Assembly (NCBI GenBank): GCA_965203355.1
Contig: OZ241889.1
Location: 1,760,001 to 1,824,000, forward strand
Direction: 5' to 3'
Length of the DNA stretch: 64,000 nt
Source: Candidatus Latescibacterota bacterium
Lineage (GTDB): Bacteria; Latescibacterota; UBA2968; UBA8231
In this document: in pieces, positions 46,692 through 56,943 of the stretch
Position numbering within the stretch: position 1 is the stretch's first letter
Layout of the letters: every line of letters starts with the position of its first letter
Program-made: the position numbers and the translations under genes
The notes under the pieces: model-generated
What the model was told of the DNA's origin: nothing
Databases searched by the model: none
What the model saw: the letters and a program-made list of their open reading frames with translations, nothing else

Positions 46692-48409
46692 TAGGTGCTT
46701 CCTTTGGGTTGAGCCAGTTTCTGCTTGGGAGCCTCGATCAGCATATCGGTGAGCGCAGCCCCGGCGGGAATCATCGGGAAGACGTTGTCTTCTTTTTCGC
46801 ACTCAGCGTGAATGACGCAGGGGCCTTCGTCGTGGTCGAGCGCTTGCTTGAGCACTTTGTCAATGTCGGCGGTGCGCCGGATGCGGAAGCCCTTGGCCCC
46901 GTAGGCTTCGGCCAGTTTGACGAAGTCCGGGTTGCCTTCCAGATCGACGCCAGAGAGGCGATTGTCAAAGAACAGATTCTGCCACTGGCGGACCATCCCT
47001 AGGTACTTGTTGTCGAGGACTACGATCTTGATCGGCAGCCGATGGACGACGGCGGTGGCTAGTTCGCACAGGGTCATCTGGAAACCGCCGTCGCCGCAGA
47101 TGGCGACCACGGTCTCTTCGGGGCGACCAAACTGAGCGCCGACGGCCGCGGGAAAACCAAAGCCCATGGTGCCAGCACCACCGGAGGAAAGCCACTGGCG
47201 GTGGTGCGCTGTCTTGTAAAACTGGGCCGCCCACATCTGGTGCTGGCCGACGTCCGTGGTCACCACAGCGCGACCCGCGGTCAGCTCGTAGAGGCGGTCG
47301 ATGACGGCCTGCATCTTGAGGCCACCGCGCTTGCCGTATTTGAGCGGGTATTTGTCCTTCCACTCGTCGATTTGGGCCAGCCAAGCGGCCGTGTCTAGCG
47401 GCTCGACATAGTTGACTAGCTCTTCGAGTACTTGGCGCGCATCGCCTTCGATAAAAACGTCGGGTATGACCACTTTGCCGTATTCGGCGGGGTCGATGTC
47501 GATGTGGATCTTTTTTGCGTCTGGGCAGAATTCCGCCAGCTTGCCCGTGATCCGGTCGTCCCAACGCCCGCCCACCGACATGATCAGGTCGCAGCCGACG
47601 ACGGCCTTGTTGGCGTAGGCCGTGCCGTGCATGCCGAGCATTCCCACCGAAAGCGCGTGCTGCTCGGGGAACGCCCCCTTGCCGAGTAGGGTGTTGGTCA
47701 CCGGCATCCGCGTCTTTTCGGCAAAGGCCCTGGCGGCCTCGTGACCGCCCGAGGCGATGCAGCCCCCGCCCAAGTAAAGCAGGGGACGCTTGCTGCGGCG
47801 CAGGAGGGCGGCGGCGGCTTTGAGCAACTCGGGCGCGGGCTTGGTCTGCCAAGTGTAACCAGGCAGGTACACCTTTGCTGGGAAGTCAGTAGTGCATTCG
47901 GGGAAAGGAGCCCCTTGGGTGACGTCCTTGGGCAGATCCACGAGCACCGGCCCTTGGCGACCCGTGGTGGCGATGTGAAAGGCCTCGGTCATCACGCGAG
48001 GGATGTCGTTGGGATCTCGGACCAGATAGGAGTGCTTGACGACGGGCATGGAGATGCCGAATACATCGGCCTCCTGAAAGGCGTCTTTGCCGAGCATAGG
48101 GGTGACGGTTTGGCCGGTGAGGGCGATGATGGGCGAGGAGTCCATCAGCGCGGTTAGCAGGCCGGTGATGGTGTTGGTGGCACCTGGGCCAGAGGTTACG
48201 AGGGCCACGCCGGGCTTGCCGGTTGCCCGGGCGTAGCCGTCGGCCATGTGGGTCGCGCCTTGCTCGTGCCGAGTGAGGACGAAGCGGATTTGCTTGGAGT
48301 TGAGCAGCGCGTCGAAAATGGGCATGGCAGCGCCGCCCGGATGGCCAAAGACGTACTCGACGCCGAAGCGGTCGAGTGCTTCGATAACTTTGTCGGCTCC
48401 TCTCGCCAT
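46691..48409 (-). CDS. ilvB: Acetolactate synthase large subunit
   Basis: [33 protein letters not shown]. Confidence 0.96.
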   Translation of the reverse strand: MARGADKVIEALDRFGVEYVFGHPGGAAMPIFDALLNSKQIRFVLTRHEQGATHMADGYARATGKPGVALVTSGPGATNTITGLLTALMDSSPIIALTGQTVTPMLGKDAFQEADVFGISMPVVKHSYLVRDPNDIPRVMTEAFHIATTGRQGPVLVDLPKDVTQGAPFPECTTDFPAKVYLPGYTWQTKPAPELLKAAAALLRRSKRPLLYLGGGCIASGGHEAARAFAEKTRMPVTNTLLGKGAFPEQHALSVGMLGMHGTAYANKAVVGCDLIMSVGGRWDDRITGKLAEFCPDAKKIHIDIDPAEYGKVVIPDVFIEGDARQVLEELVNYVEPLDTAAWLAQIDEWKDKYPLKYGKRGGLKMQAVIDRLYELTAGRAVVTTDVGQHQMWAAQFYKTAHHRQWLSSGGAGTMGFGFPAAVGAQFGRPEETVVAICGDGGFQMTLCELATAVVHRLPIKIVVLDNKYLGMVRQWQNLFFDNRLSGVDLEGNPDFVKLAEAYGAKGFRIRRTADIDKVLKQALDHDEGPCVIHAECEKEDNVFPMIPAGAALTDMLIEAPKQKLAQPKGST

Positions 48410-48466
48410 GTCGATTTCTCCATCAGAAAAATGGTTTGAGAGTTATTATGTAATTAATTTGAGCAA

Positions 48467-48495
48467 AGTATAGGGATAAATGGCGTTAATGACAA
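48467..48495 (-). promoter_or_regulatory. Sigma70 promoter of ilvBN
   Basis: TTGTCA-17-TATACT in an AT-rich intergenic region. Confidence 0.6.
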
Positions 48496-48557
48496 GAAGG
48501 AAAGAAAAATTTGGACGACTTGTAACGAAAGAGGAGCGAATTAGAGGCTATGGCAGA

Positions 48558-49631
48558 TCAAGAGCGGCTCCACACGTCTTTGAAGAGCCGAATCCAGTTG
48601 CCGGCGAAAATGCCAGCGATGTTGGCGGGCGAGTAGCCCCGGCGCGCGAGAATGGGCTGGAGTTTTTGCAAATCGGCGATCGTGTTGAGGTCGCGCGGGG
48701 CTTGTTCGGTGCCGAAGCCGCCGTCGAGATCGGTGCCAATGCCGCAATGGCGCGAAGTGCCCAAAAGCTGACAGATGTGGTCGATGTGGTCGGCGACGGT
48801 TTCCAAGGTGGCGTTGGTAAGCTGTTCAAAAGCGGGGACTTTGCGCTGCCAGCCCGGATCGAGCATCCACGCATCAAAGGCCGTGCCGATGACTCCGTCG
48901 CGCTCGGCGATGGAGCGGATCATTTCGTCGGTGAGCTGGCGCTGGCCGGGGACGAGGGCGCGGCAGTTGTGGTGCGAGGCGCAGACCGGGCCGTCGTACC
49001 CGGCCAAAAGTTCCCAGTGGGCTTGGTCGGTTAAGTGGGTCAAGTCGATGATGATGCCGGCCGCTTTGAGTGCGTCGAGCAGAGGTTTGGCTGGTGGCAA
49101 CAGCCCCCCTTCGGTGCCGGTGCCGTGCGAATAGGTGCTGGTGCCGTAATGCGATATCGACACTAGGCGCAAGCCAAGTTCGCGCCATTCGGGCACTTGG
49201 TCCGGGCCTAAAATGGGATCGGCGCTCTCCATGGCGAGGATTAGGCCGAAGGGAGTGGTTGGGTCGGGATTTTGCCAAGCGGCGATGGTTTCATCTAGAT
49301 CCGCGATGCTTTTGACGAACCGGAGCAAACCCGCCCGTTCGAGTGCTTGATAGTACGCCAAATGCCCGCGGCCAACGCCGTGGCATTGGGCTTGGCAGTA
49401 CATGCCAGTGCGGGTCCAGCGGTCGCCTAGGTCTAAGCGCGACATCACCGTGCCGCAGAAGAGGCCGACCTTGCCACGGCGCAGTTCGGGGAAGGTCGCC
49501 GTGCAGGAGCCAAAGCCTTCCATAGTCGCCACCGAGTCGTGGACGCGCACGGTAGCCGCCTTTTGCGTCAGGTCGCGGTTGATTTGCAGAGCGGAAAAAG
49601 CTAGATCGAGGTGGCTGTCGAGAATGAGCAT
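48558..49631 (-). CDS. Membrane dipeptidase (peptidase M19) family protein, paralog A
   Basis: DSHLD, MESAD, IDLTH, ASHHN, GTDLDGG, GNW. Confidence 0.85.
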   Translation of the reverse strand: MLILDSHLDLAFSALQINRDLTQKAATVRVHDSVATMEGFGSCTATFPELRRGKVGLFCGTVMSRLDLGDRWTRTGMYCQAQCHGVGRGHLAYYQALERAGLLRFVKSIADLDETIAAWQNPDPTTPFGLILAMESADPILGPDQVPEWRELGLRLVSISHYGTSTYSHGTGTEGGLLPPAKPLLDALKAAGIIIDLTHLTDQAHWELLAGYDGPVCASHHNCRALVPGQRQLTDEMIRSIAERDGVIGTAFDAWMLDPGWQRKVPAFEQLTNATLETVADHIDHICQLLGTSRHCGIGTDLDGGFGTEQAPRDLNTIADLQKLQPILARRGYSPANIAGIFAGNWIRLFKDVWSRS

Positions 49632-49635
49632 GGTG

Positions 49636-50769
49636 TTAGCTCCAGGCTTGGCGGAAGAAGCGTGCGAGGTTGCCGTGGGCGATGGCCGCAATGTCGTGGG
49701 TCGAGTAGCCTCGCCGGTCGAGGATGTCGAGGAAGCGCTGTAGGTCGGCAATGGTGTCGTAGTCAATGGGGGCCATTTCGCGCCCGAAGCCGCCGTCGAG
49801 GTCGGAGCCGATGGCGACGTGCTCGCAGGTGCCGACGAGCTGGCAGATGTGGTCGATGTGATCGACGACGGCCGACATGGAGCGGCGGGCTGTTTGCGGA
49901 TAGGTCGCTGGGTCGTCGAAGTTGATCGAGGGATTGAGCATGAACTCGGCGAAGACCACGCCGATGACGCCGCCGCGCTCGGCGATGGCTTGGATCATCT
50001 CGTCGCTGAGGTGGCGCTGGCCGGGGACGAGGGCGCGGCAGTTGCAGTGGCTGGCGTGGACGGGACCTTGCCAGTAGTTCAAAAGCTGCCAGAAGACCAA
50101 GTCCGAAGCGTGGGTCAGGTCCAGGGCGATGTTTGTTGCGGCGAGTGCGTCGAGCAGGGGATAAGCATCGGCGTATAGCCCGCCGTGCGTGCCGGTGCCA
50201 TGCCCCCAAGTATTGGCGCCAAAATGCGTCAGCCCCACCGAGCGCAGACCCTGTTCCCACCACCAGCTTACTTGCTCGGGATCCAAGATGGGGTCGGCAC
50301 TTTCCATGCTCAAAATCAGGCCGATCGGCGTTGTTGAGTCGGGGTTTTGCCAAGCGGCGATAGCCGCGTCGAGTTCCGTTGCGTCGCGGATGAAGCGCAG
50401 CTGGCCCTCGTGCGCTAGTGCTTTGTAATAGTGAAGATGCGACTGGCCGATGGCGTGGGCTGCTTCTTGGGTTCTCATGCCGTCGTCGAGGGGGCCGGTG
50501 GGTATCTGCACTCGGCTCATGATGGTCGAGAGCGCGATTCCAACGCAGCCTTGGCGCATCTGCGGCAGCGATACGGTGGCGGTGCCGTGCGAGGTGCTTT
50601 CGGGGCGCTTTCTGTCGCGCAGCGAGTCAGGGTGCGAAGGGCCTGGCGGTTTGGGGTCTTCGCGCTCGCGCAAGACGCGGATGTCTTGGGTGAGGTCGCG
50701 GCGGTGGTGCAGGGCGTTGAAGGCCAAGTCGAGGTGGCCATCTATAATGAGTATGGATTGCTCGGGCAT
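49636..50769 (-). CDS. Membrane dipeptidase (peptidase M19) family protein, paralog B
   Basis: DGHLD, MESAD, LDLTH, ASHCN, GSDLDGG. Confidence 0.85.
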   Translation of the reverse strand: MPEQSILIIDGHLDLAFNALHHRRDLTQDIRVLREREDPKPPGPSHPDSLRDRKRPESTSHGTATVSLPQMRQGCVGIALSTIMSRVQIPTGPLDDGMRTQEAAHAIGQSHLHYYKALAHEGQLRFIRDATELDAAIAAWQNPDSTTPIGLILSMESADPILDPEQVSWWWEQGLRSVGLTHFGANTWGHGTGTHGGLYADAYPLLDALAATNIALDLTHASDLVFWQLLNYWQGPVHASHCNCRALVPGQRHLSDEMIQAIAERGGVIGVVFAEFMLNPSINFDDPATYPQTARRSMSAVVDHIDHICQLVGTCEHVAIGSDLDGGFGREMAPIDYDTIADLQRFLDILDRRGYSTHDIAAIAHGNLARFFRQAWS

Positions 50770-50786
50770 GATGGGAAACCTTTGGG

Positions 50787-51899
50787 TTAATGTACTAGGT
50801 ACTTTTCCACGATCGCTTCGTCGATCGTCACGCCCAACCCGGGGCCCTCCGGCACGTGAACGCACCCATCGACAACGGCGAACTTTTCGTGCGTTAGGTC
50901 GTGGCGCAAGGGCGATTCGGCCATGCAGTATTCAAAGATCTCGCCGTGGGGGACTGCCGCCAGTCCGTGCAGGGCGGCGGCGATGGTGATGCCGCTTTTG
51001 AACGAGTGGTTGACGACCTTGCGGTGCAGGCGGTGAGCGAGGCGGCCGACTTCGACCATGGTCGAAAGCCCGCAGCGGCCCGGATCCGGCTGCACCCAGT
51101 CGATGCGGCCCTTGACGAGCAGTCGTTCAAAATCTCGATAGCGCGATTCGGCCTCGCCCGTGGCGATGGGCACTGGACTGCGCTCGCAGAGCTGAGCATA
51201 GCCCGCGACATCTTCGGGGTGCAGAGGTTCTTCGAGCCAGAATATGCCATACTCGGCGAACTGCTCGGCGCGCTTGAGGCCGGTTTTCCAGTCCCATACC
51301 TGCCCGGCGTCCACCAAGATGTCCACATCCGGCCCGGCCCCTTTCCGCGCTGCACGCACTAAGGCGATGTCATTGGCCTCGCTCTGCCCCATCGGCCCCC
51401 AGCCAAACTTGATGGCCGTGAACCCTTGGTCGGCAAAGCGGCGTGCCTGTTCGCCCGTCTCTTGCGGCGTGGCGCCGAAGAGGATGGAGCAATAGGCGCG
51501 GAACTTGGTTTGATAGGGACCCCCGAGCAACTTGTAGGCCGGGCAGCCGTGCGCTTTGCCGGCAATGTCCCACAGCGCGAGGTTGACGCCAGCCATAGCG
51601 TGCGTACCCACGCCGACGCGGCCGTAGTAGTTGGCTGCCTCGATCATGCGATCGCCGCATACGTCGATGGCCAGTGGGTCTAGGCCCTCCAGCGCGTTGG
51701 CCAGGCCGTTGCTAATCTGGTGAGAAAGCGGGGCCTCAACGACGGCCTTGGCCACGGTGGGGGCCGAATCAACCTCGCCCCAGCCGGTGATGCCGGCGTC
51801 GGTTTCTACTTGGATCAGACAGGTGTCCTGCGTGCCGTCGCAGCGGGCGGTGACATCAGGCAGGCGCAGGTAATGGGCGGATACGCGCGTGATTTTCAC
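50787..51899 (-). CDS. Mandelate racemase/muconate lactonizing enzyme family protein
   Basis: TDAGITGWGE, ALWDIAGK, KFGWG, VDAG, WLEEP, TGE. Confidence 0.88.
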   Translation of the reverse strand: MKITRVSAHYLRLPDVTARCDGTQDTCLIQVETDAGITGWGEVDSAPTVAKAVVEAPLSHQISNGLANALEGLDPLAIDVCGDRMIEAANYYGRVGVGTHAMAGVNLALWDIAGKAHGCPAYKLLGGPYQTKFRAYCSILFGATPQETGEQARRFADQGFTAIKFGWGPMGQSEANDIALVRAARKGAGPDVDILVDAGQVWDWKTGLKRAEQFAEYGIFWLEEPLHPEDVAGYAQLCERSPVPIATGEAESRYRDFERLLVKGRIDWVQPDPGRCGLSTMVEVGRLAHRLHRKVVNHSFKSGITIAAALHGLAAVPHGEIFEYCMAESPLRHDLTHEKFAVVDGCVHVPEGPGLGVTIDEAIVEKYLVH

Positions 51900-51900
51900 C

Positions 51901-53529
51901 TTAAAAGTCGAATACGGTTTCGAGGGTCATGACTTTGTGGCGCTGCAAGCGCCTACTGGCCGTGCGCTCAAAGAGGAAGCGAGTATCCCAGCGCACCGAG
52001 GTGCCTTCTTTCATGTTCAGTTCGATGTCAAAGCCGTAGAAGGTGTCCTTGGTCGGCTCGAAGAAATCATCTCGACCGGTGCCGTCTTCGTTGGGGTTCC
52101 GGCCGATGTTGTTCTTGTGAAAGTAAGCGTACGCACGCTTGAGACGAGGGACATACTTGAGCAGTTTGCGCGACAGGGATGCGCTGGCGATGAGCTGCTG
52201 TTTTGGGATGTCGGTGCCGGTCAGGTACTGATAGGAAACCGAGGCGTACGCGTATGAGCCGAGTTCCGTGCCCAAGTGCCCGAAGAAGCCGGAGAGCTCG
52301 TTGCTATGGCCGAGCTGCGCGTCCTTGGATTGGGCCTGTCCGGTGGCGAGGTCGAGATATGCGCGATCGAGTTCGTACAGCTCGTCGAAGTAGCGCGAGT
52401 CGAAATCGCGGCGGAAGTGGCGGAAGTCCAGTTGGCCCTTGAGCGGACCTAAAGACAGCCACAGGCCTGGGGCGGCGAGTCCGAACCCGGTCGCTTGGCG
52501 GTTGCCCGGGGAGACGCCCTGCTGTCGCGCCTCAAAGCTGGAGAGGGCGTCGTCATCGTCGATCAGCAGGGCGAATTGGCCGTAGAGTTTGAGTGCTAAG
52601 CCTAGGTTGCGGATGAGCGGGTAGGCTAGGTCTAAGCCCAAGATAGAAAAGAAGTCTTGGTCAACGTGGTTTTTGTTGAAGGGTTTCTGGCGGTCCACGT
52701 CTTGGTCCACTGGAAAGGCGTTGCCGTAATTGGCGTTGAGCCCCAACAAGGTGGAGGCGATGTCGGCGGAGAGGCCGCTGCCGGCGTCGGCGTCGATGAT
52801 GCCGTCGTTGTCATCGTCGCTGTCGATGTGGTCGGGTACGCCGTCGGCGTCGTTGTCGAGGGCGAATTGGCCGTCTTCCGGGAAGGCGTCGATGGGGTCG
52901 GGTACGCCGTCGGAATCGCTGTCGCGCAGGCCGCTATACTGGTCGAGATCGGCCACAAAGGTTACGCCCACTTCGAGGGCGGCGGCGTAGCCAAAGGTCC
53001 GCAGCCCGATGAGGGCACCGCCTTCTTGGAAGTCTTGGAGGTTGTTGATTACTCCTTCGAGTCCGATATTAGTGCCGGCTAAATTGGCGATGCGAAACTG
53101 GAGTCCGGTTTTCTTGATGCCGGGATAGTGCAGGGTGTTGCGGTAGTTGTCCATGATGAGGCCGTACCCCAACGTCACATCGCTGAGTGCGCCCATTTTG
53201 ACGTACACCGCGTCATTGGGACGGCCATAGCGCACGTAGTAAATTTTGCGCAGAATCGAGTCGAAGGTCTGGGTTGACGAACCGGCCTTCCAGCCGCGCG
53301 ACCCGAGGTCGCCGTTGCGCTCGACAAACAGCTCTAAGTCGAGGCCAATGCCCAAGCGGCCTAGGGGGAAGTCGGGCCGGAGACTGAGGCGATATAGCTG
53401 CTCTTGGTCGACAGTTACGCTGCCCATGCTGAGCGAGTAGCCGAACATGGCCACCGAGGGCTGAGCCGAAGAGACGACCGGATAGAGCGAGAGCAGCAAG
53501 ACAAAGGCGCAGTTGCCGCGAAAATTCAT
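51901..53529 (-). CDS. Hypothetical outer-membrane beta-barrel-like protein with an Asp-rich TSP3-like Ca-binding insert
   Basis: Signal peptide; TLGYGLIMDNY; DSDSDGVPD...DNDADGVPD..DSDDDNDG; ends ETVFDF. Confidence 0.65.
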   Translation of the reverse strand: MNFRGNCAFVLLLSLYPVVSSAQPSVAMFGYSLSMGSVTVDQEQLYRLSLRPDFPLGRLGIGLDLELFVERNGDLGSRGWKAGSSTQTFDSILRKIYYVRYGRPNDAVYVKMGALSDVTLGYGLIMDNYRNTLHYPGIKKTGLQFRIANLAGTNIGLEGVINNLQDFQEGGALIGLRTFGYAAALEVGVTFVADLDQYSGLRDSDSDGVPDPIDAFPEDGQFALDNDADGVPDHIDSDDDNDGIIDADAGSGLSADIASTLLGLNANYGNAFPVDQDVDRQKPFNKNHVDQDFFSILGLDLAYPLIRNLGLALKLYGQFALLIDDDDALSSFEARQQGVSPGNRQATGFGLAAPGLWLSLGPLKGQLDFRHFRRDFDSRYFDELYELDRAYLDLATGQAQSKDAQLGHSNELSGFFGHLGTELGSYAYASVSYQYLTGTDIPKQQLIASASLSRKLLKYVPRLKRAYAYFHKNNIGRNPNEDGTGRDDFFEPTKDTFYGFDIELNMKEGTSVRWDTRFLFERTASRRLQRHKVMTLETVFDF

Positions 53530-53616
53530 ACAAGGGAAGATGCGGTCGCCGGGCCGCTGGTGCAATGGCTGCGGCCGCAAACGACAACGACACAACTCAC
53601 CAGAAAGAGGTTTGCG

Positions 53617-55455
53617 ATGGGACAAACGCTAAAGGAACTGCTCGATCATAGCTTCGCAACCCATGCCGAACAGACGGCCATTCGAGAGCTCAAGCCCGTA
53701 GAAGGTAGCCGCACCTTGAGCTATCAGCCCGCGACCTATGCCGAGCTCAAAAATCGCCGCGACCGGCTGGCGGCGGGTCTTGCGGCCGAGGGCTTGGCCA
53801 AAGGTCAGCGCGTGGGCATTCTCACCGATGGCGGCAGCGAACCGCTCTTGATCTTTCTGGCGACCGACTGCATTGGGGTCAGTGCGGTGCCGCTGTGCAT
53901 CCAGTCGCCCGACGAGGTGCTCGCCCACAGCATCGCGCACTCTGCGGTCGAACTGCTGGTCGTGGACCGCAAGGGCTACGAGCGGTTTGGTGCCGTCCGC
54001 GATCGGCTGGACAAGACGCCGCGGATTGCGTTGACCGAGGGCCAAGCTGAAGACGCGATCCCTTGGCAAGGGCTAGCGGAGAGCCGCGCGGCCGTGCCCG
54101 AGGTTGAGGTGCTGCCAGAAGATGAATCGAAAATTCTCTATACCTCGGGTTCATCTGGCTTGCCCAAGGGCGTGATCCAGACCCACGCCAATATCGTCGC
54201 CAACGTCGAAGAAGTTTGGGACGTAATTAGCAAGCGCCAGCCGCTGCGCCTGTTCAAGTCGGCGCCCGACTATCACTCCATGGGCATTCTCAACATCTAC
54301 TATCCCTTGGCCAAAGGGTGGATTTTGGACTTGGCGCGCTCGCCCGACCGCGTCCTCAGCGATATTCGCCTCTCAGAGCCGGAAGGCTTTCTCACTGTGC
54401 CGCTGATACTCGACAAAGTGTACGGCAATGTGCGCAAGGAAATCGATGCTGGCGGCCTCAAGGGGCGCTTGATCCAGCGCTCGGTTGCGGCTAAGGAGCG
54501 GGCGGTGCGCGGCGAGGCCGGGCTGGTCGACACGCTCTTTTGGGCGGCCATAGGCCGTTCAATAGTCGGCAAAATTCGCGCCCAACTCGCCACGCGGGTC
54601 GGGCCTCACCTCGAACTTTTGATCGTCGGCTCAGCCAAGGCCGATCCCAAGGCGTTGGACTTCTTTCACGAAGTGCTCGATATCACCACGTACGAGGGCT
54701 ACGGCACAACCGAGTGTGCGCCGCTGATTGCCGCCAACCATCTCGACGGCCGCAAAAGCGGCACGGTGGGAAGGCCGTTGCAGGCGGTAAAAATCGTGGC
54801 TGAAGATGGGGCGGAAATCGGGTACAGCGATCCAGCACAGGACGAGTGCAGGCCCAGCGGCGAGCAGATCGGGGAGTTGTGGACCAGCGGCCCCAACGTC
54901 ATGCGCGGGTATTTGCACGACCCGGAGCAGACCGAGCAGGTGTTAGTGGAAGAAGGTGGCCAGGTCTGGTATCGGACCGGCGATTTGTTCAGCATGGACG
55001 ACGAAGGTTTCCTCTCGTTCCACGGGCGAGTTGGCCGACAGTTCAAGCTGCGCAACGGCGAGTTCGTCAATCCCGAAGCCTTGGAGCGCATTTTCGCCCG
55101 GGTATCCCTAGTCGAACATGTCGTCGTGTACGGCGACCAACAGCGCGACTATCCGCTGCCGTTGGTGACCGTGGATGTGGAGGAAGCAAAAAAGAGCGGC
55201 CTTGACGGATTGCCGCTGGAGGACGAGGCCGCGCTGCGCACGCATCCGATCTTGGGCGAGCGGATCCGCGCAGGATTTCTCGCCGAGGCCACGGCCGCTG
55301 GCCTGCCGGGCTACCAGCGGCCGCAGCGCGTCGCGCTCTTGCCCGAGCCGCTGAGCGAGGATGCCGGCACCCTGACCAAGGGCCTGAAGAAGATCGTGCC
55401 CAAGGCGATCGTCGAGCGCTATCGCACGCTCGTCGAACAGACCTACGCATCCTAG
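53617..55455 (+). CDS. Long-chain fatty acid--CoA ligase (AMP-binding)
   Basis: YTSGSSGLPKG, EGYGTTE, VMRGY, RTGD. Confidence 0.88.
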   Translation: MGQTLKELLDHSFATHAEQTAIRELKPVEGSRTLSYQPATYAELKNRRDRLAAGLAAEGLAKGQRVGILTDGGSEPLLIFLATDCIGVSAVPLCIQSPDEVLAHSIAHSAVELLVVDRKGYERFGAVRDRLDKTPRIALTEGQAEDAIPWQGLAESRAAVPEVEVLPEDESKILYTSGSSGLPKGVIQTHANIVANVEEVWDVISKRQPLRLFKSAPDYHSMGILNIYYPLAKGWILDLARSPDRVLSDIRLSEPEGFLTVPLILDKVYGNVRKEIDAGGLKGRLIQRSVAAKERAVRGEAGLVDTLFWAAIGRSIVGKIRAQLATRVGPHLELLIVGSAKADPKALDFFHEVLDITTYEGYGTTECAPLIAANHLDGRKSGTVGRPLQAVKIVAEDGAEIGYSDPAQDECRPSGEQIGELWTSGPNVMRGYLHDPEQTEQVLVEEGGQVWYRTGDLFSMDDEGFLSFHGRVGRQFKLRNGEFVNPEALERIFARVSLVEHVVVYGDQQRDYPLPLVTVDVEEAKKSGLDGLPLEDEAALRTHPILGERIRAGFLAEATAAGLPGYQRPQRVALLPEPLSEDAGTLTKGLKKIVPKAIVERYRTLVEQTYAS

Positions 55456-55657
55456 AGGCTGTCGGAAAACGCTGAGGGCTGTCGTTTGTATGTAGGCAGG
55501 CTCCCCCGCTGATTCCCGCGCAAGTGGGAATGCCCACTTGATAGCGATCTCGGCAACAATATGGACCGCTGGATTCCTGCGCATGTCGTGGCACGGGGCG
55601 ACTTCTTATGCGGGAATGCCCCACCCAATGCGCCCTAGGGGTTTCATACAGTTTCTA
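55453..55657. mobile_element. MITE-like element carrying dRS3/REP-like hairpins
   Basis: Imperfect TIRs TAGAGGCTGTCGGAAAAC / GGTTTCATACAGTTTCTA (13/18); internal ATTCCC-N8-GGGAAT at 55512-55531 and a second expanded copy at 55573-55617. Confidence 0.5.
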
Positions 55658-56656
55658 AGACGGTTTCTTTGGTTTTTGCAGGCCATGTACGCGCATGCGG
55701 GAACGCAGGCGCTCTGGCTTCATGCCCAACAAGTATGCTGCGCCTTGCATTCCATAGATCACCCAATTCGTGGTTTCGAGTGCTTCTATAAGCATTTTCT
55801 TTTCGATCTCGGCGATCTGGTCCACCTTCTCGGCGATCTGGTCCACCTTGGCTACAACTCCCTGTTCAAGCATCGTAGGTGCCTTGGCTAAGTCTTCAGT
55901 TGAGATCTGCACATCCTCCAATCGTATGGAATCACTTTGGCATATAATCACCGCCCGCTGAATCAGGTGCTCTAACTCGCGCACATTCCCCGGCCAATTA
56001 TAATCCGGTCTCTGCAAATGCATTAGTACCTCTTTGCTCAGGCGCGGCGCGGGTCGCTGTAGCTCTTGGGCAAACAGGCGCGCAAAGTGTTCTGCCAAGA
56101 CCGGTATATCCTCGCGGCGTTCCCGCAAGGGCGGAATCATTACCGGGAACACGTCCAAGCGGTAGAATAGATCTTTTCGGAATGTCCCCGCTTCAGCTGC
56201 TTGTCGTAGATCTCGGTTGGTCGCGGCAATTATGCGGACATCCACTTTGATAGATGCTTCTCCGCCGACTCGAAGCAGGCGGTGGTCTTCGAGAACGTGG
56301 AGTAGCGTCGTTTGTGCCTCTAAGGGCAAGTCGCCGATTTCATCGAAAAATAGGGTACCCTTATGCGCCTGCTCAAACCGGCCGATCCGCCGCCCTACGG
56401 CACTGGTAAAGGCCCCTTTTTCATGGCCAAACAGTTCGTCTTCGACTAGTCCGGTCGGTATAGCTCCGCAATTGACCATGACAAAGGGGTTTGCTTGACG
56501 CAGGCTAAGGGTGTGGACACGCTGGGCCAACATACCCTTGCCTACTCCAGTCTCGCCTAGTATTAGGACTGTCGTAGAAGTCTGTGCTACTAGTTGGAGT
56601 TGCTCCAAGACTTTGGTCATGGCTGGGCTTTGGCTGATTATATTCTGAGAGATCAT
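55655..56656 (-). CDS. Sigma54 enhancer-binding protein (AAA+ + Fis HTH) lacking an N-terminal sensory domain
   Basis: GETGVGK, ELFGHEKGAFTSA, FDEIG, ATNRDL, FRKDLFYRL, WPGNVREL; AAA+ starts about residue 5. Confidence 0.92.
   Translation of the reverse strand: MISQNIISQSPAMTKVLEQLQLVAQTSTTVLILGETGVGKGMLAQRVHTLSLRQANPFVMVNCGAIPTGLVEDELFGHEKGAFTSAVGRRIGRFEQAHKGTLFFDEIGDLPLEAQTTLLHVLEDHRLLRVGGEASIKVDVRIIAATNRDLRQAAEAGTFRKDLFYRLDVFPVMIPPLRERREDIPVLAEHFARLFAQELQRPAPRLSKEVLMHLQRPDYNWPGNVRELEHLIQRAVIICQSDSIRLEDVQISTEDLAKAPTMLEQGVVAKVDQIAEKVDQIAEIEKKMLIEALETTNWVIYGMQGAAYLLGMKPERLRSRMRVHGLQKPKKPS
55807..55848. repeat. In-frame 21-bp tandem duplication in the bEBP linker (KVDQIAE x2)
   Basis: TCTCGGCGATCTGGTCCACCT repeated twice exactly. 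Confidence 0.9.
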
Positions 56657-56770
56657 CTTAAAACTCGTTTAGGGCTAGGGCATGACTCGCTTGAGTAGAA
56701 TAGGAATCATAGCGAGATGGATAAATGCTTCGGAATCGTATAAATAGTTCAAAAGAAGTGTTATGTCAAT

Positions 56771-56829
56771 ATCGTATTTCAATACGATTATACCTTGTTT
56801 CAATACGATTATACCTTGTTTTAATACGA
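56771..56829. promoter_or_regulatory. Putative enhancer (UAS): palindrome plus 21-bp tandem repeats
   Basis: ATCGTATT-tc-AATACGAT palindrome (56771-56788); TTTCAATACGATTATACCTTG x2 plus a partial third copy. Confidence 0.7.
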
Positions 56830-56886
56830 CTCCGATATCCATATTAAAGTAGAAAAAAATGGAAATTATCGAAGTAAAGTCATTAT

Positions 56887-56899
56887 AAACAACAGGTTA
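56887..56899 (+). promoter_or_regulatory. IHF-like binding site
   Basis: AAACAA-CAGG-TTA vs WATCAA-N4-TTR (1 mismatch), between UAS and -24/-12. Confidence 0.55.
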
Positions 56900-56928
56900 T
56901 TAACAGAACTAATCCTAATATGACATAT

Positions 56929-56943
56929 AGGCACACTTTTTGC
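56929..56943 (+). promoter_or_regulatory. Sigma54 (-24/-12) promoter
   Basis: AGGCACACTTTTTGC: GG-N10-GC matching TGGCACG-N4-TTGC. Confidence 0.8.

Noticed and set aside
48410-48557. ilvB attenuator leader peptide
   Set aside because: No Ile/Leu/Val-rich mini-ORF or terminator found between promoter and start
55589-55605. TGGCACG as a second sigma54 promoter
   Set aside because: No GC at the -12 position; lies inside a repeat between convergent genes
56771-56829. 21-bp repeats as a CRISPR array or plasmid iterons
   Set aside because: Head-to-tail with no spacers, only about 2.5 copies, no cas or rep gene; position fits a sigma54 enhancer
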